Below are positions 19,283 to 28,739 of a DNA stretch of 64,000 nt, in pieces. This DNA comes from Candidatus Margulisiibacteriota bacterium (GTDB lineage Bacteria; Margulisbacteria; Marinamargulisbacteria; JBFWNS01). Location of the stretch: NCBI GenBank assembly GCA_050250935.1, contig JBFWNS010000006.1:92789-156788 (forward strand), given 5' to 3'. Each line of letters begins with the position of its first letter. Position 1 is the stretch's first letter. Made by a program: the position numbers and the translations under genes. A model generated the notes under the pieces. The model saw nothing but the letters and a program-made list of their open reading frames with translations, was not told the DNA's origin and did not search any database.

Positions 19283-20559
19283 TGCCACTTCCGATTCTTT
19301 CTCCAACAGCTTCAGCCATCGCCCAACTGCACGCCTTTTCCGAAGGGGATACGGCGACGTTTCAGGCCACAGTGGAAACCATTCGCCAAGCGGTTTTGGA
19401 AAAAGGGGATGCTGCTTTGGTGGATTTTGCGGCTCAGTTCGATAAAATTGATCCCCAAACCTTTATCCTGACCGTTTCAAAAGCGGATATCCAAGCAGCT
19501 TACCAAGCGGTTTCACCGGATTTTTTAGCAGCGCTTCAACATGCCAAGACCAACATCGAAGCTTTTCATGTTAAACAACGTCCCCACTCTTTTTCCGAAA
19601 CCACTGGGGCGGGCATCACGTCTGGGCTTCGGTATTCGGCCTTGGATCGGGCGGGTTTGTATGTGCCAGGCGGACGGGCTTTGTATCCGTCCACGGTGCT
19701 GATGAACGCCATTCCAGCCACCGTGGCTGGGGTCCGAGATTTGGTAATGGTGACCCCTCCAAAACCCGATGGCAGTATTGACCCAACCTTATTGGTGGCC
19801 GCGGATTTATGTGGGGTGACCGAGATTTACAAAGTGGGCGGTGCCCAGGCTGTCTTTGCCTTGGCTTACGGAACCTCCGCCATCGCCAAAGTCGATAAAA
19901 TTGTGGGGCCTGGCAACACTTTTGTAACCTTGGCCAAACAGCGGGTCTATGGGGTGGTGGACATCGACAAACCCGCTGGTCCTTCCGAGGTGTTGGTCTA
20001 CGTGGACGATGTGGCCAATGCCAAGGTTGCTGCTGCCGAACTCTTGGCCCAATTGGAACACGACCCCCATGCCATTGCGGTGGGATTGTCGATTTCTCAA
20101 CCTGTATTGGAGGCAGTAAATGCCCATTTGGAGGCCCTGTGGCCCACCTATTTGCGCAAAGACATCATCGCCCAGTCCCTTAAAAACAGTGTTTTGTTTA
20201 AAGCGGACTCCGAAGCCCAGGCCCTCGAGGTTATCAATGCCGTTGCTTCTGAACACTTGGTTTTGTTGACCGAAAACGCCGAGGCCATGCTTCCCCACAT
20301 CCGCCATGCCGGTTCGATTTTTATGGGGCTGTATACCCCCGTTACACTGGGTGATTATTTTGCGGGTCCCAACCATGTTTTGCCAACTTCAGGCACGGCC
20401 CGATTCGCCTCGCCTTTGGGGGTGATGGACTTTATGAAGTTCTCGACCCATCTATGCTACCCCAAAGCGGCCCTTCAAGCAGCAGCGTCTAGCCTTAAAA
20501 CCCTGACCGATGCGGAAGGGTTTGAGGGGCATTATCGGGCGGTGGAGGAGCGGCTGTAG
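19282..20559 (+). CDS. hisD: Histidinol dehydrogenase
   Basis: VTPPKPDGSIDP, YKVGGAQAVFALAYGT, GPGNTFV and a His/Zn site region. Start ATG 19282 overlaps the apgM stop (ATGA). Confidence 0.85.
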   Translation: MPLPILSPTASAIAQLHAFSEGDTATFQATVETIRQAVLEKGDAALVDFAAQFDKIDPQTFILTVSKADIQAAYQAVSPDFLAALQHAKTNIEAFHVKQRPHSFSETTGAGITSGLRYSALDRAGLYVPGGRALYPSTVLMNAIPATVAGVRDLVMVTPPKPDGSIDPTLLVAADLCGVTEIYKVGGAQAVFALAYGTSAIAKVDKIVGPGNTFVTLAKQRVYGVVDIDKPAGPSEVLVYVDDVANAKVAAAELLAQLEHDPHAIAVGLSISQPVLEAVNAHLEALWPTYLRKDIIAQSLKNSVLFKADSEAQALEVINAVASEHLVLLTENAEAMLPHIRHAGSIFMGLYTPVTLGDYFAGPNHVLPTSGTARFASPLGVMDFMKFSTHLCYPKAALQAAASSLKTLTDAEGFEGHYRAVEERL

Positions 20560-20655
20560 GGGATAATTTCTTCAATTTGAATTGCTAATTTAAGAGCACC
20601 CGTATACACTTAAACGCTTTCAACTTTTAAATTTACCGAGTAGAGGATATGACCC

Positions 20656-21033
20656 GTGTTTAAAAAATTTAGCTCCGATAAATTCAGTGATCGAGGTCCC
20701 AAAAAACGAGGTTTTGAGGGCGGGGGGCGTTCGAATCTCTTCAAGGCTGTGTGCAGCGACTGTGGGTCGTCTTGCGAGGTGCCGTTTAAGCCCATGGGTG
20801 GTCGCCCGGTGTTGTGCGATGCTTGCTTTAAAAAAGACGGTCCTGCCTATCCCAAACCCGATCGTTATGACCGATCAGACCGAGGGGCAGAACGCGGTTT
20901 TGATCGGGGTTCAGAGCGTGGTTTTGACCGTGGACCTGCAGCTGGTGGCGATGTGTCGCGTCAGTTGTCGGCCATCAATGCCAAGCTAGACCGCATTTTG
21001 AGCATTCTGGACGAGATCGACGAAGACTATTAG
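20656..21033 (+). CDS. Small CxxC...CxxC zinc-ribbon protein with an Arg/Gly/Asp-rich repetitive tail
   Basis: CSDCGSSCEVPFKPMGGRPVLCDACF is a four-Cys ribbon. It is followed by the DRYDRSDRGAERGFDRGSERGFDRG repeats and an acidic C-terminal helix. Upstream is a low-GC, promoter-like 96-bp region. Confidence 0.6.
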   Translation: MFKKFSSDKFSDRGPKKRGFEGGGRSNLFKAVCSDCGSSCEVPFKPMGGRPVLCDACFKKDGPAYPKPDRYDRSDRGAERGFDRGSERGFDRGPAAGGDVSRQLSAINAKLDRILSILDEIDEDY

Positions 21034-22550
21034 CGTTTCAGCTGCCGTTTAAGTTCGTCGGGTGGGGCATGTAATAGCCCTTGTTTGAAAGCTTTTTCGG
21101 CTTTGTCTGGGGCCTTTTGTTGATGGTAAGCATCGGCTAGCACAAAGGCCGCGGTGTAAAAGGTTGGGCAGGTGTTCAGCACCTGCTCATAACAGGCAAT
21201 GGCGGCCGTTAAATCGCCTCTTTTTTCAAAAATCCAGCCTTCAACCAAGACGCCCCAAATGCCCAGGGTTCCAAATTCGGTTTTAAGGGTTTCAAGCAGG
21301 GGCAGGGTGGCTTCATAATCGCCGGCCATAAAATATTTCAAACTCAGGGCTGTTAAGAAGGTGTGGTTTTTTTGATCGGCTTCCGACAGGGTGGCGAGTA
21401 AGGCTTTAAAAATGGGGGCCGTTGCCTCGACTTTTAAAAGGGTGGGTAGGGCGGTTTGAAGGGCATCCAAACAAGGGTCGTCGCTGGGATGAAGGTGGGT
21501 TTCGATCAGGTTTTTGTGGGCGGGGTTTTTAAAAATCACCCAGTCTTGTGTTTTGCCAGAATCTCGCTCGGTAAGCCAGGTGGAAAAGCCCAGTTGCTGG
21601 GTCAGAAAATTCAACAACGGATAATTTAGGCCATAAAAAAGGGTAGTGCCAAAGGGGGTAAACAGTTGGGCCATGTCCAAATTGCCCAGCTCGGTGCGTC
21701 CAAAATCGGCCACACAATACAAGCCGTTGGGGTGTAGGGCGGCTTCGATGTGTTTAAAATGATCGGCCAGGGCTGGAATAAAATTAAAGCTGATGGGGCC
21801 TTTTAGCCCCGAGTTTTCCACAAATTGCCGAACCCAAATTTTGTCTTCTTCGGTCCAATACGGCAGATCGTCCATGGCCATTAATCCAAAGGTTTCGGAC
21901 AGGGCCGGTACCCATTGGGGGGCAAGGGCCCGAGCGCGAAAGTCGCTGGGGTTTTGTAAAAGGTCGTGAAGGGCTTGGGGGGACAAGGGTGTTGGGGGAT
22001 CTTGGGTGGTGTCCAAAACGGTTGCGCCCTCTTTAAGCTCGGTTTTGACCAAAATTTCGCAGATTTGGCCGATGTTAACCCCAATGTGTCGGGTGGGTAG
22101 GGCATCGAGCACATAGACGCTGTAACAAAACGCAATGGGATGGTCGGGAGAAAAGGTTAAAAAGTCGACATTTTCTAGCCGAATATGAGTGTCGTGGCGG
22201 GTTAATCGCTGGTCTTGAGCCCAATGTTGAAGGGTTTCGGCAGAGGATTCGGTTAGGTGCAGGCAAGTTTTGGCATAAAGATCGGGATAATCGCTTTCGA
22301 GGGTTTCTAAAAAATACCGGCCCAACAGGCCTAACCCAGCGCCCAATTCATAGACATGCAGGGTTTCGTCGGGAATGGTTTTGGCAACGTCGGCAAATAA
22401 GCCCACCAGTTGTTTGGCAAAAACGGGGCTGTTTCGGGACGAAAAGGGCACCTCTTGGGTAAAGAAGGTATCGATGCCAAACTGCCAACTGTTTCGGGAG
22501 GCTTGTTCGCGCAAGGAATGGGGTCTGCTGGCAAAGGGTTGAAGGATCAT
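21030..22550 (-). CDS. Class I SAM-dependent methyltransferase (MidA/DUF185-like) fused to C-terminal TPR repeats
   Basis: VYELGAGLGLLGRYFL is a SAM-binding G-x-G-x-G in a MidA-like context. The C-terminal ~130 aa are TPR-like (AIACYEQVLNTCPTFYTAAFVLADAYHQQ). Confidence 0.55.
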   Translation of the reverse strand: MILQPFASRPHSLREQASRNSWQFGIDTFFTQEVPFSSRNSPVFAKQLVGLFADVAKTIPDETLHVYELGAGLGLLGRYFLETLESDYPDLYAKTCLHLTESSAETLQHWAQDQRLTRHDTHIRLENVDFLTFSPDHPIAFCYSVYVLDALPTRHIGVNIGQICEILVKTELKEGATVLDTTQDPPTPLSPQALHDLLQNPSDFRARALAPQWVPALSETFGLMAMDDLPYWTEEDKIWVRQFVENSGLKGPISFNFIPALADHFKHIEAALHPNGLYCVADFGRTELGNLDMAQLFTPFGTTLFYGLNYPLLNFLTQQLGFSTWLTERDSGKTQDWVIFKNPAHKNLIETHLHPSDDPCLDALQTALPTLLKVEATAPIFKALLATLSEADQKNHTFLTALSLKYFMAGDYEATLPLLETLKTEFGTLGIWGVLVEGWIFEKRGDLTAAIACYEQVLNTCPTFYTAAFVLADAYHQQKAPDKAEKAFKQGLLHAPPDELKRQLKR

Positions 22551-22599
22551 GGGGGTATCCTAGCGGATTTTTGGGGTTGTCGTAAGGGGAGGCCTTTGG

Positions 22600-23382
22600 T
22601 TGAATAGAGAGTGTATGATGAAGCGATCGATTTGGATTTTGGTTTTGTTTTTGGGTTTTGGTTTTTATTCCAGTGTCCAGGCCCAGGTTTTTATTTTGGA
22701 TTTGCCAGGGTACCCCTTGAACCCAGGGTTTAACAATCAGCTGAACTTTAATCAAAATAGCCAAGGTGGTAATACGGTTCTGAACGACACCCAGTGGTCG
22801 TTTCGGACAGACTATGTCAGCACTGGCAACCGGGTGGTGGTGGCTTGGAATTCGGAATATGGGGTTCAAAGTGGGGCCGTTTATGCCAACAAAGGGACCT
22901 TCGGCATTCGCAATGTTGGCTCCATTTCGGGTCTTTTTGATCTGGAGCTGATGCTCTCCAATCAATACAATTATCCCCAACAAATCCAAAACCGGTTTAT
23001 GGCTGGGGGTGGGATTCGGATGATCCTTTTGGGCACCCAAGATCAAGCCGCTACGGTTAATTTGAGTTTGGGGCTGGGGGCTTTAAATGAAAACCAGACC
23101 TTTGTGGCGGGGGGTACGAAGCAAGAAACCCGTTTGGTGAATTATTTGGCGTGGCTGTGGAATATCAATAGCAACCTGACTTTTAATTCGTCCTTGCAAA
23201 CCTTGGTGAATGTGACGCAGTTTTCTGATTTCAGACAAAACGCTGTTTTGAAACTCACCTGTCAGTTAACCAGCAATTTGGCCTTGAATTCCCAATTCGA
23301 TTACCAATACAACAGCCAACCCCAATCGGGGGTTTTGCCAACGGATACCCATTTTAGCAATGGGGTTACCTGGACTTTTTAA
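22600..23382 (+). CDS. Outer-membrane beta-barrel protein (DUF481/YdiY-like), signal peptide
   Basis: N-terminal signal peptide KRSIWILVLFLGFGFYSSVQAQ. Alternating amphipathic strands rich in Asn/Gln/Tyr, and a C-terminal ...GVTWTF aromatic terminus. Confidence 0.55.
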   Translation: MNRECMMKRSIWILVLFLGFGFYSSVQAQVFILDLPGYPLNPGFNNQLNFNQNSQGGNTVLNDTQWSFRTDYVSTGNRVVVAWNSEYGVQSGAVYANKGTFGIRNVGSISGLFDLELMLSNQYNYPQQIQNRFMAGGGIRMILLGTQDQAATVNLSLGLGALNENQTFVAGGTKQETRLVNYLAWLWNINSNLTFNSSLQTLVNVTQFSDFRQNAVLKLTCQLTSNLALNSQFDYQYNSQPQSGVLPTDTHFSNGVTWTF

Positions 23383-23921
23383 GAGATGTTAAAGGCGAAA
23401 AAAGCCCCAGATGATGATCGTTGATCCCCAAAGGTTTGTTTGGCAGCCAGTCTGTCGACCTTAAGTTCGTCTAAAAACTGTTTATAGCTGGGTTCGGATT
23501 CTGGGATCATGGTTAACATAAAATAGAGTCTTTGGTTGCGGTCCCAAGTGGGTTTAGGTTCGGTTTTAAGCGTGGGATCTAGAAAGTTTTGTTTTAAGTA
23601 TTCAATAATGGCGTCTGGAGATTTCGGGACCAGATAGCCCAAGATATGAAAAAAATGCATGGTTGCGTCGCTTTTCCAGATTTCTGGGCGAACCAAAAAA
23701 GCAATCAATCGCTCGGCCAGGGTTTCGGCGTAGGTTTTGTCCATGCTGGTTAGAACCCCAAGGACATCGTAAAAAATGGATTGAGATTGTGCCCAAATTT
23801 GTTTTTTCGGGAATCTGTCAGCTTCTAGTGCGCTTAGCCTTTCATTAAGGTATTCGTATCGAAAATTGTGGTCTTTTTGAGAGGGGATTGTGGGGATGCA
23901 GGGCAAATATTTGTGTTGCAT
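23379..23921 (-). CDS. Hypothetical protein
   Basis: ORF with no recognised motif. The ORF-track start at 23993 would leave only 4 bp to the divergent DUF1993 gene, so the ATG at 23921 (MQHKYLP...) is preferred. Confidence 0.35.
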   Translation of the reverse strand: MQHKYLPCIPTIPSQKDHNFRYEYLNERLSALEADRFPKKQIWAQSQSIFYDVLGVLTSMDKTYAETLAERLIAFLVRPEIWKSDATMHFFHILGYLVPKSPDAIIEYLKQNFLDPTLKTEPKPTWDRNQRLYFMLTMIPESEPSYKQFLDELKVDRLAAKQTFGDQRSSSGAFFAFNIS

Positions 23922-23997
23922 GGATAGTTGTCGATTAGAGGCGGAAAAAATTTCAAAAAACTGATATGCTGGAACCCTTAGTTTTTTTACCAAGGAG

Positions 23998-24522
23998 ATG
24001 GTTATGTCGTTTTCTGTTTACGAGATCAGTGTTCCTGCCTTTTTGAGGGGGTTGGATGCGTTGTCTGGGTTGCTTGATAAGGTTAAAATCCACGCCGAAG
24101 CCAAAAAAATCGATCCCACCGTGTTGTTACAAACCCGATTGATTCCCGATCAATTTCCCTTGGCCAAGCAAATTCAAATTGCCACCGACACGGCCAAATT
24201 GTTTGTGCCGCGTTTAACCGGGGTTCAGGCGCCTGCGTTTCAGGACACCGAAACCACCCTCGACGAGTTCCAAGCCCGTATTCAAACCACGGTTGATTTT
24301 CTTAAAACCCTCAAGCCAGAGCAATTTGATGGCTGGGAAACCAAAACCGTTTCGTTTCCTTGGAAGCCGGGGCAATATATCGACGCTCCCGACTATGTGT
24401 TGCAATATGCCCTTCCCAATTTTTATTTCCACGTCACCACGGCCTATTCTATTTTGAGGGCTTCTGGTGTTGAAATTGGCAAAAGCGATTATTTGCGGGT
24501 GAATTGGAAAGCAGCATCATGA
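23998..24522 (+). CDS. DUF1993 family protein
   Basis: FSVYEISVPAFLRGLDALSGLLDKVKIHAEAKKIDPTVLLQTRLIPDQFPL matches the DUF1993 pattern. An SD 'aaggag' lies upstream. Confidence 0.6.
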   Translation: MVMSFSVYEISVPAFLRGLDALSGLLDKVKIHAEAKKIDPTVLLQTRLIPDQFPLAKQIQIATDTAKLFVPRLTGVQAPAFQDTETTLDEFQARIQTTVDFLKTLKPEQFDGWETKTVSFPWKPGQYIDAPDYVLQYALPNFYFHVTTAYSILRASGVEIGKSDYLRVNWKAAS

Positions 24523-25826
24523 GTTTGTTTTCAACCTATGGACTTTCTCCAGATTTGTTGGCGGCCATCGAGGCCAGTGGGTATGTCACCCCAACCCCCA
24601 TTCAAGAACAAGCTTTGCCTGTGGTTTTGGCTGGTCAAGATGTGATGGGCTTGGCCCAGACGGGTACGGGGAAAACCGCTGCTTTTGTGTTGCCCATGTT
24701 GCAGCGATTTTTGAAAGGCCCCAAAGGCAAGGTTCGGGGTCTCATTATTGCCCCCACCCGAGAATTGGCCGAGCAAATTCACGAAACCATCCGGGCTTTG
24801 GGCAAGCGGACCGGCATTCGAAGCGTTACGGTTTATGGGGGTGTGAACATCAACACCCAAATTCGCAACCTTCGACAAGGGGCCGATATCGTGGTGGCTT
24901 GTCCGGGTCGGTTGTTGGACCATTTGGGCCAAGGAACCTTGTCTTTGGATGGCATCGAGGTGCTGGTGTTGGACGAGGCCGACCACATGTTCGACATGGG
25001 GTTTTTACCGGATATCCGCCGGGTTCTTAAACAAGTTCCTGCGGTTCGCCAAACCCTGCTGTTTTCGGCCACCATGCCCGAAGATATTCGCCGGCTGGCC
25101 AACGCCATTTTGAAAAACCCGGTTATTCTGGAAGTCAGCAATACCCGCCCAGTAGATGCCATTACCCATGCGATTTTTCCGGTCAAAAGCCATTTGAAAA
25201 CCGATTTGTTGTTTGCCTTACTCAAACGTACCGATACAAAATCCATTTTGATTTTTACCAAAACCAAACACCGGGCCAAAAGCCTTGATTTAAAGCTTCA
25301 AAGTTTGGGCTATAAAAGCGCTTCTTTGCAAGGCAATTTGTCCCAAAACCGACGCCAAGAAGCTTTGAATGGATTTCGAACGGGTCAGTATCAAATTATG
25401 GTGGCCACCGACATCGCAGCCCGAGGCATCGACATTTCTTTGGTGTCTCATGTGATTAACTACGATGTTCCCGATACCCCAGAAGCCTATACCCACCGGA
25501 TTGGCCGAACGGGTCGTGCGTCGCGTACGGGCGATGCGTTTACGTTTGTAACCCCAGAAGATTCCGGGGCGTTGCGGGGCATTGAACGCCGGTTGGGTGC
25601 GCCGATTCCCAAACAGTTCATCGACGATTTTAACTATGATGCCTTGCCCGATAAAAAGCCCGAGTTTCCCCGTGCCCCAAGGCCGCCTAGAGGTCCTGGA
25701 AAAAGCCGCCGTCAGTCCTCTGGTTTTTCTGGAAAATCTGATAACCCGCGTTCATCCCATTCATCAAACGGGCCCCGAAAACCGGGTTCTTCGAACAAGC
25801 CGAAACCCAAACCCAGGTTCCGCTAG
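24519..25826 (+). CDS. DEAD-box ATP-dependent RNA helicase with a basic Pro/Ser/Arg-rich C-terminal tail
   Basis: Q-motif region, AQTGTGKTAAF (motif I), PTRELA, DEAD (VLDEAD), SAT, HRIGRTGR. The tail is PRAPRPPRGPGKSRRQSSG...KPKPKPRFR. Confidence 0.85.
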   Translation: MSLFSTYGLSPDLLAAIEASGYVTPTPIQEQALPVVLAGQDVMGLAQTGTGKTAAFVLPMLQRFLKGPKGKVRGLIIAPTRELAEQIHETIRALGKRTGIRSVTVYGGVNINTQIRNLRQGADIVVACPGRLLDHLGQGTLSLDGIEVLVLDEADHMFDMGFLPDIRRVLKQVPAVRQTLLFSATMPEDIRRLANAILKNPVILEVSNTRPVDAITHAIFPVKSHLKTDLLFALLKRTDTKSILIFTKTKHRAKSLDLKLQSLGYKSASLQGNLSQNRRQEALNGFRTGQYQIMVATDIAARGIDISLVSHVINYDVPDTPEAYTHRIGRTGRASRTGDAFTFVTPEDSGALRGIERRLGAPIPKQFIDDFNYDALPDKKPEFPRAPRPPRGPGKSRRQSSGFSGKSDNPRSSHSSNGPRKPGSSNKPKPKPRFR

Positions 25827-26341
25827 TGCCCCGCTTTGTTGCGTTTTTGCGGGGCATTAATGTGGGGGGGCATCATCAAATTCGAATGCCCGATTTAAAA
25901 GCCAGTTTTGAAGCCCTTGGGTTTGAGGACGTTAAAACCATTTTGCAAACCGGAAACGTTGTGTTTTCCACTGCCGAAACGGACAGTCTGAGCCTGAAAC
26001 CCACCCTCGAAGCGGGATTGTCCAGCCGATTTAATTACGATGCCAAGGTGATTGTTCGATCCTATGACGATGTGCGGGCAATAGCGCAAGCCATGCCCTT
26101 TCCACCTGCCGAAGACAAACACAATTATGTGGTTTTTTTGGATACGCCAGACTTGGCGGAAAGCCTGCTTCAAACCCCAATGGATGGGGATGTAGAAGCC
26201 CTGGCTTCTGGCGATGGCGTGGTGTACTGGCGTGTGGACCGTGGCATGACCCTTAAAAGTGCCGTCGCCAAACAACTGGCAAAATCGAGCTTTAAGGCGC
26301 ATAATACAGTACGAAATGTTAAGACTTTACTAAAATTGTAA
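25826..26341 (+). CDS. DUF1697 family protein
   Basis: MPRFVAFLRGINVGGHHQIRMPDLKASFEALGF matches the DUF1697 N-terminal signature. Start GTG overlaps the helicase stop. Confidence 0.6.
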   Translation: MPRFVAFLRGINVGGHHQIRMPDLKASFEALGFEDVKTILQTGNVVFSTAETDSLSLKPTLEAGLSSRFNYDAKVIVRSYDDVRAIAQAMPFPPAEDKHNYVVFLDTPDLAESLLQTPMDGDVEALASGDGVVYWRVDRGMTLKSAVAKQLAKSSFKAHNTVRNVKTLLKL

Positions 26342-26347
26342 TGGGAG

Positions 26348-26698
26348 ATGGGTGCTTTGCCTTACGATCCAGGATTGGCTGAACGACTAAAAGATTTGCT
26401 TGGCGGACGGCCAGATATGATGGAAAAAAAGATGTTTGGCGGTATTGGGTGGATGTTGGGCGGTAATATGTGTGTTGGCGTGTACAAAGAGTGGTTGATT
26501 GTTCGGGTGGGTGAAGGCTTGAAAGACTTGTTAAACAACCCTACTTTGAATGCCCATGCGAAAGCCATGGACATTACCGGAAAACCCATGAAAGGGTGGG
26601 GCATGGTTGCTCCCGAAGGGGTTGCCGAAGACGATCAACTGGCCGAATGGACCCAAAGGGCCATCGACTTTGTTCAAACCCTCCCTGTGAAAGCCTAG
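26348..26698 (+). CDS. TfoX N-terminal domain protein
   Basis: LAERLKDLLGG...MEKKMFGGIGWMLGGNMCVGVYKEWLIVRV resembles the TfoX/Sxy N-domain. Confidence 0.55.
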   Translation: MGALPYDPGLAERLKDLLGGRPDMMEKKMFGGIGWMLGGNMCVGVYKEWLIVRVGEGLKDLLNNPTLNAHAKAMDITGKPMKGWGMVAPEGVAEDDQLAEWTQRAIDFVQTLPVKA

Positions 26699-26701
26699 GG
26701 G

Positions 26702-27997
26702 ATGGGTAGGCTTAAAAAAAAATTATCGGTTCGTTCTAGGCAACTGGTTTATCACCTTTTTTATGGCATTGCGGCCGTGCTGACGGGGTTGGTTTCGGTT
26801 GGCTATGCCAAATCGTTTCATTATGCCGAACATGTGTTTTGGAAGCTTCAATCGGCTCACCCCCACATTGCCTTTGTCTTGACCCCCCTGTGTTTTGTGG
26901 TGGGGTGGTGGTTGGTTAAAACCTTTGCCCCCATGGCCGCTGGTAGTGGCTTGCCCCAGGTGGCCTATGCCGCCGAACTTCCCGAACCTGAAAAGGTTCC
27001 GATTGTGCATCAGATTTTTAGTTTTAAGGCCATGGTCATCAAAATTGTCAGTTCGATTTGCTGTGCATTTGGCGGTGGCGCTATGGGCCGAGAAGGGCCA
27101 ACAGCCCAACTGGCTGGTGGGATCTTTTTTCAGATGGGCCGATTGTTTAAACTCAAAATAGGAAAAACCAAAATAGACAATTGGGTGGTTGCAGGGGCTG
27201 CCTCTGGCATTGCGGCTGCCTTTAATACCCCTTTGGGCGGGATTGTGTTTGCCATTGAAGAATTGTCCAGGAATCACCTTAAACAATTTCGCTCGATTTT
27301 GATGATTTCTGTGATTTTGGGCGGTTTGACCAGCCAGGTGTTGTTGGGACCCTATTTGTTGTTGGGCTATCCGGTGGTTAACCCTGGGGGGTGGACGAAT
27401 GTCATTTGGGCGGTTGGTATTGGGGCCTTGTTGGGGGTTTTGGGGGCTGTCGTTACCCATGGTTTGTGGCTGGTTTTGGAACTTAAACGCAAAATAAAAT
27501 GGGGACGCTACGAAATTTTGGTGCCCCTATGCTGTGGGTTGGTGATTGCGGCTACGGCCTCTGTCTTGGGCAACGAAACCTTTGGCTCTGGATTTGAATT
27601 GCTTCGGCGGTTGCTGTTTGATGCCTCGTATACCGTGACTTGGCAAGACATCGTGGCTCGGGTCATTAGTCCGTTTGTGTCCTATTTATCGGGGGCTTCT
27701 GGGGGTGTTTTTGCCCCAATTTTGGCCATTGGCGGTACCATTGCCGGCTTGATTGGCCAATGGTTTAACCCCGAAAATGTGCATTTGATGGTGTTGATGG
27801 GTATGATTGGCACCCTAACCGGTTTGACCCGCGCCCCTTTGACCTCGTTTGTGTTGGTGTTTGAAATGACAGATCGACATACCTTGATTTTTCCGTTGTT
27901 GGTTGCGGCCATCTCGGCGACCTTGGTGACCCAATGGGTGATCAAAAAATCCTTCTATGATTTGATTAAAGAAGGCTTGGAAGAGCGATATACTTAG
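26702..27997 (+). CDS. ClC family voltage-gated chloride channel/transporter
   Basis: GSGLP (GSGIP-like), GREGP, GIVFAIEEL and a GxFxP-like segment. Multi-TM. Confidence 0.8.
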   Translation: MGRLKKKLSVRSRQLVYHLFYGIAAVLTGLVSVGYAKSFHYAEHVFWKLQSAHPHIAFVLTPLCFVVGWWLVKTFAPMAAGSGLPQVAYAAELPEPEKVPIVHQIFSFKAMVIKIVSSICCAFGGGAMGREGPTAQLAGGIFFQMGRLFKLKIGKTKIDNWVVAGAASGIAAAFNTPLGGIVFAIEELSRNHLKQFRSILMISVILGGLTSQVLLGPYLLLGYPVVNPGGWTNVIWAVGIGALLGVLGAVVTHGLWLVLELKRKIKWGRYEILVPLCCGLVIAATASVLGNETFGSGFELLRRLLFDASYTVTWQDIVARVISPFVSYLSGASGGVFAPILAIGGTIAGLIGQWFNPENVHLMVLMGMIGTLTGLTRAPLTSFVLVFEMTDRHTLIFPLLVAAISATLVTQWVIKKSFYDLIKEGLEERYT

Positions 27998-28016
27998 ACT
28001 TTAAGGGAGAGAATAC

Positions 28017-28739
28017 ATGAAACTTTGGCTAATGATGGTTGCAGTACTGGCGATGTTGGGTGGGACGGTGGTTGCCGCGCCTTCTCCTGTGGCCCCTGTG
28101 TCGGTGGTGAAGGGCATTGATATTTCCAAGTTTCAGGGCGATTTGATCGGACATTTGGGCGATCGTCCCGACATTCGGTTTATTCTTTGTAAAGCAACCG
28201 AGGGCTTGGACTATGTTGACCCTGACTTCCGAAAAAACTGGCGGGCCATCGAAAGCCAAGGCAAGGTTCGTGGGGCCTATCATTTTTTTCATGTTCAAGA
28301 CGACCCCATTTTGCAGGCCGATGCCTATATTAAGGCCCTTAATTCTTGGTGGTTGTTGTGGCATCGGGGACTTAAATCCAAGGATTTGCCCCCGGTTGTG
28401 GATATCGAGCGTGCCAGCTTAAAAGGACCCGTGGATATTGCCGAATTGCACAAGCGCTTGTTGGCTTTTTTGAATCGAATCGAGGCTAAAACGGGGCGTC
28501 GGCCTATTTTGTACACCAATGGTTATTTTGCGGACATCTATTTGGTGAACCCGGCTTTTGCCAAATATCCGCTTTGGTTGGCAGACTATACCAATCAAGA
28601 TCAGCCCACGGTTCCCAAGACCTGGCAAACGGTTGGGTATCGGTTGTGGCAAAAAAGCGAGTCGTACACCCTGGATTCTCAAGCTGTCGATTTTGATGTG
28701 TTTAATGGCACCGAAGCCGAGTTCAAAAAGGGCTTTTAG
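28017..28739 (+). CDS. Secreted glycoside hydrolase family 25 (lysozyme/muramidase)
   Basis: Signal peptide, then GIDISKFQGDL..., FILCKATEGLDYVDPDF, RGAYHFF. These are GH25 motifs. Confidence 0.7.
   Translation: MKLWLMMVAVLAMLGGTVVAAPSPVAPVSVVKGIDISKFQGDLIGHLGDRPDIRFILCKATEGLDYVDPDFRKNWRAIESQGKVRGAYHFFHVQDDPILQADAYIKALNSWWLLWHRGLKSKDLPPVVDIERASLKGPVDIAELHKRLLAFLNRIEAKTGRRPILYTNGYFADIYLVNPAFAKYPLWLADYTNQDQPTVPKTWQTVGYRLWQKSESYTLDSQAVDFDVFNGTEAEFKKGF

Noticed and set aside
20715-20745. tRNA T-loop-like string (gcgttcgaatctc)
   Set aside because: It lies inside the zinc-ribbon CDS (GGGRSNLFK). There is no acceptor or anticodon stem context.
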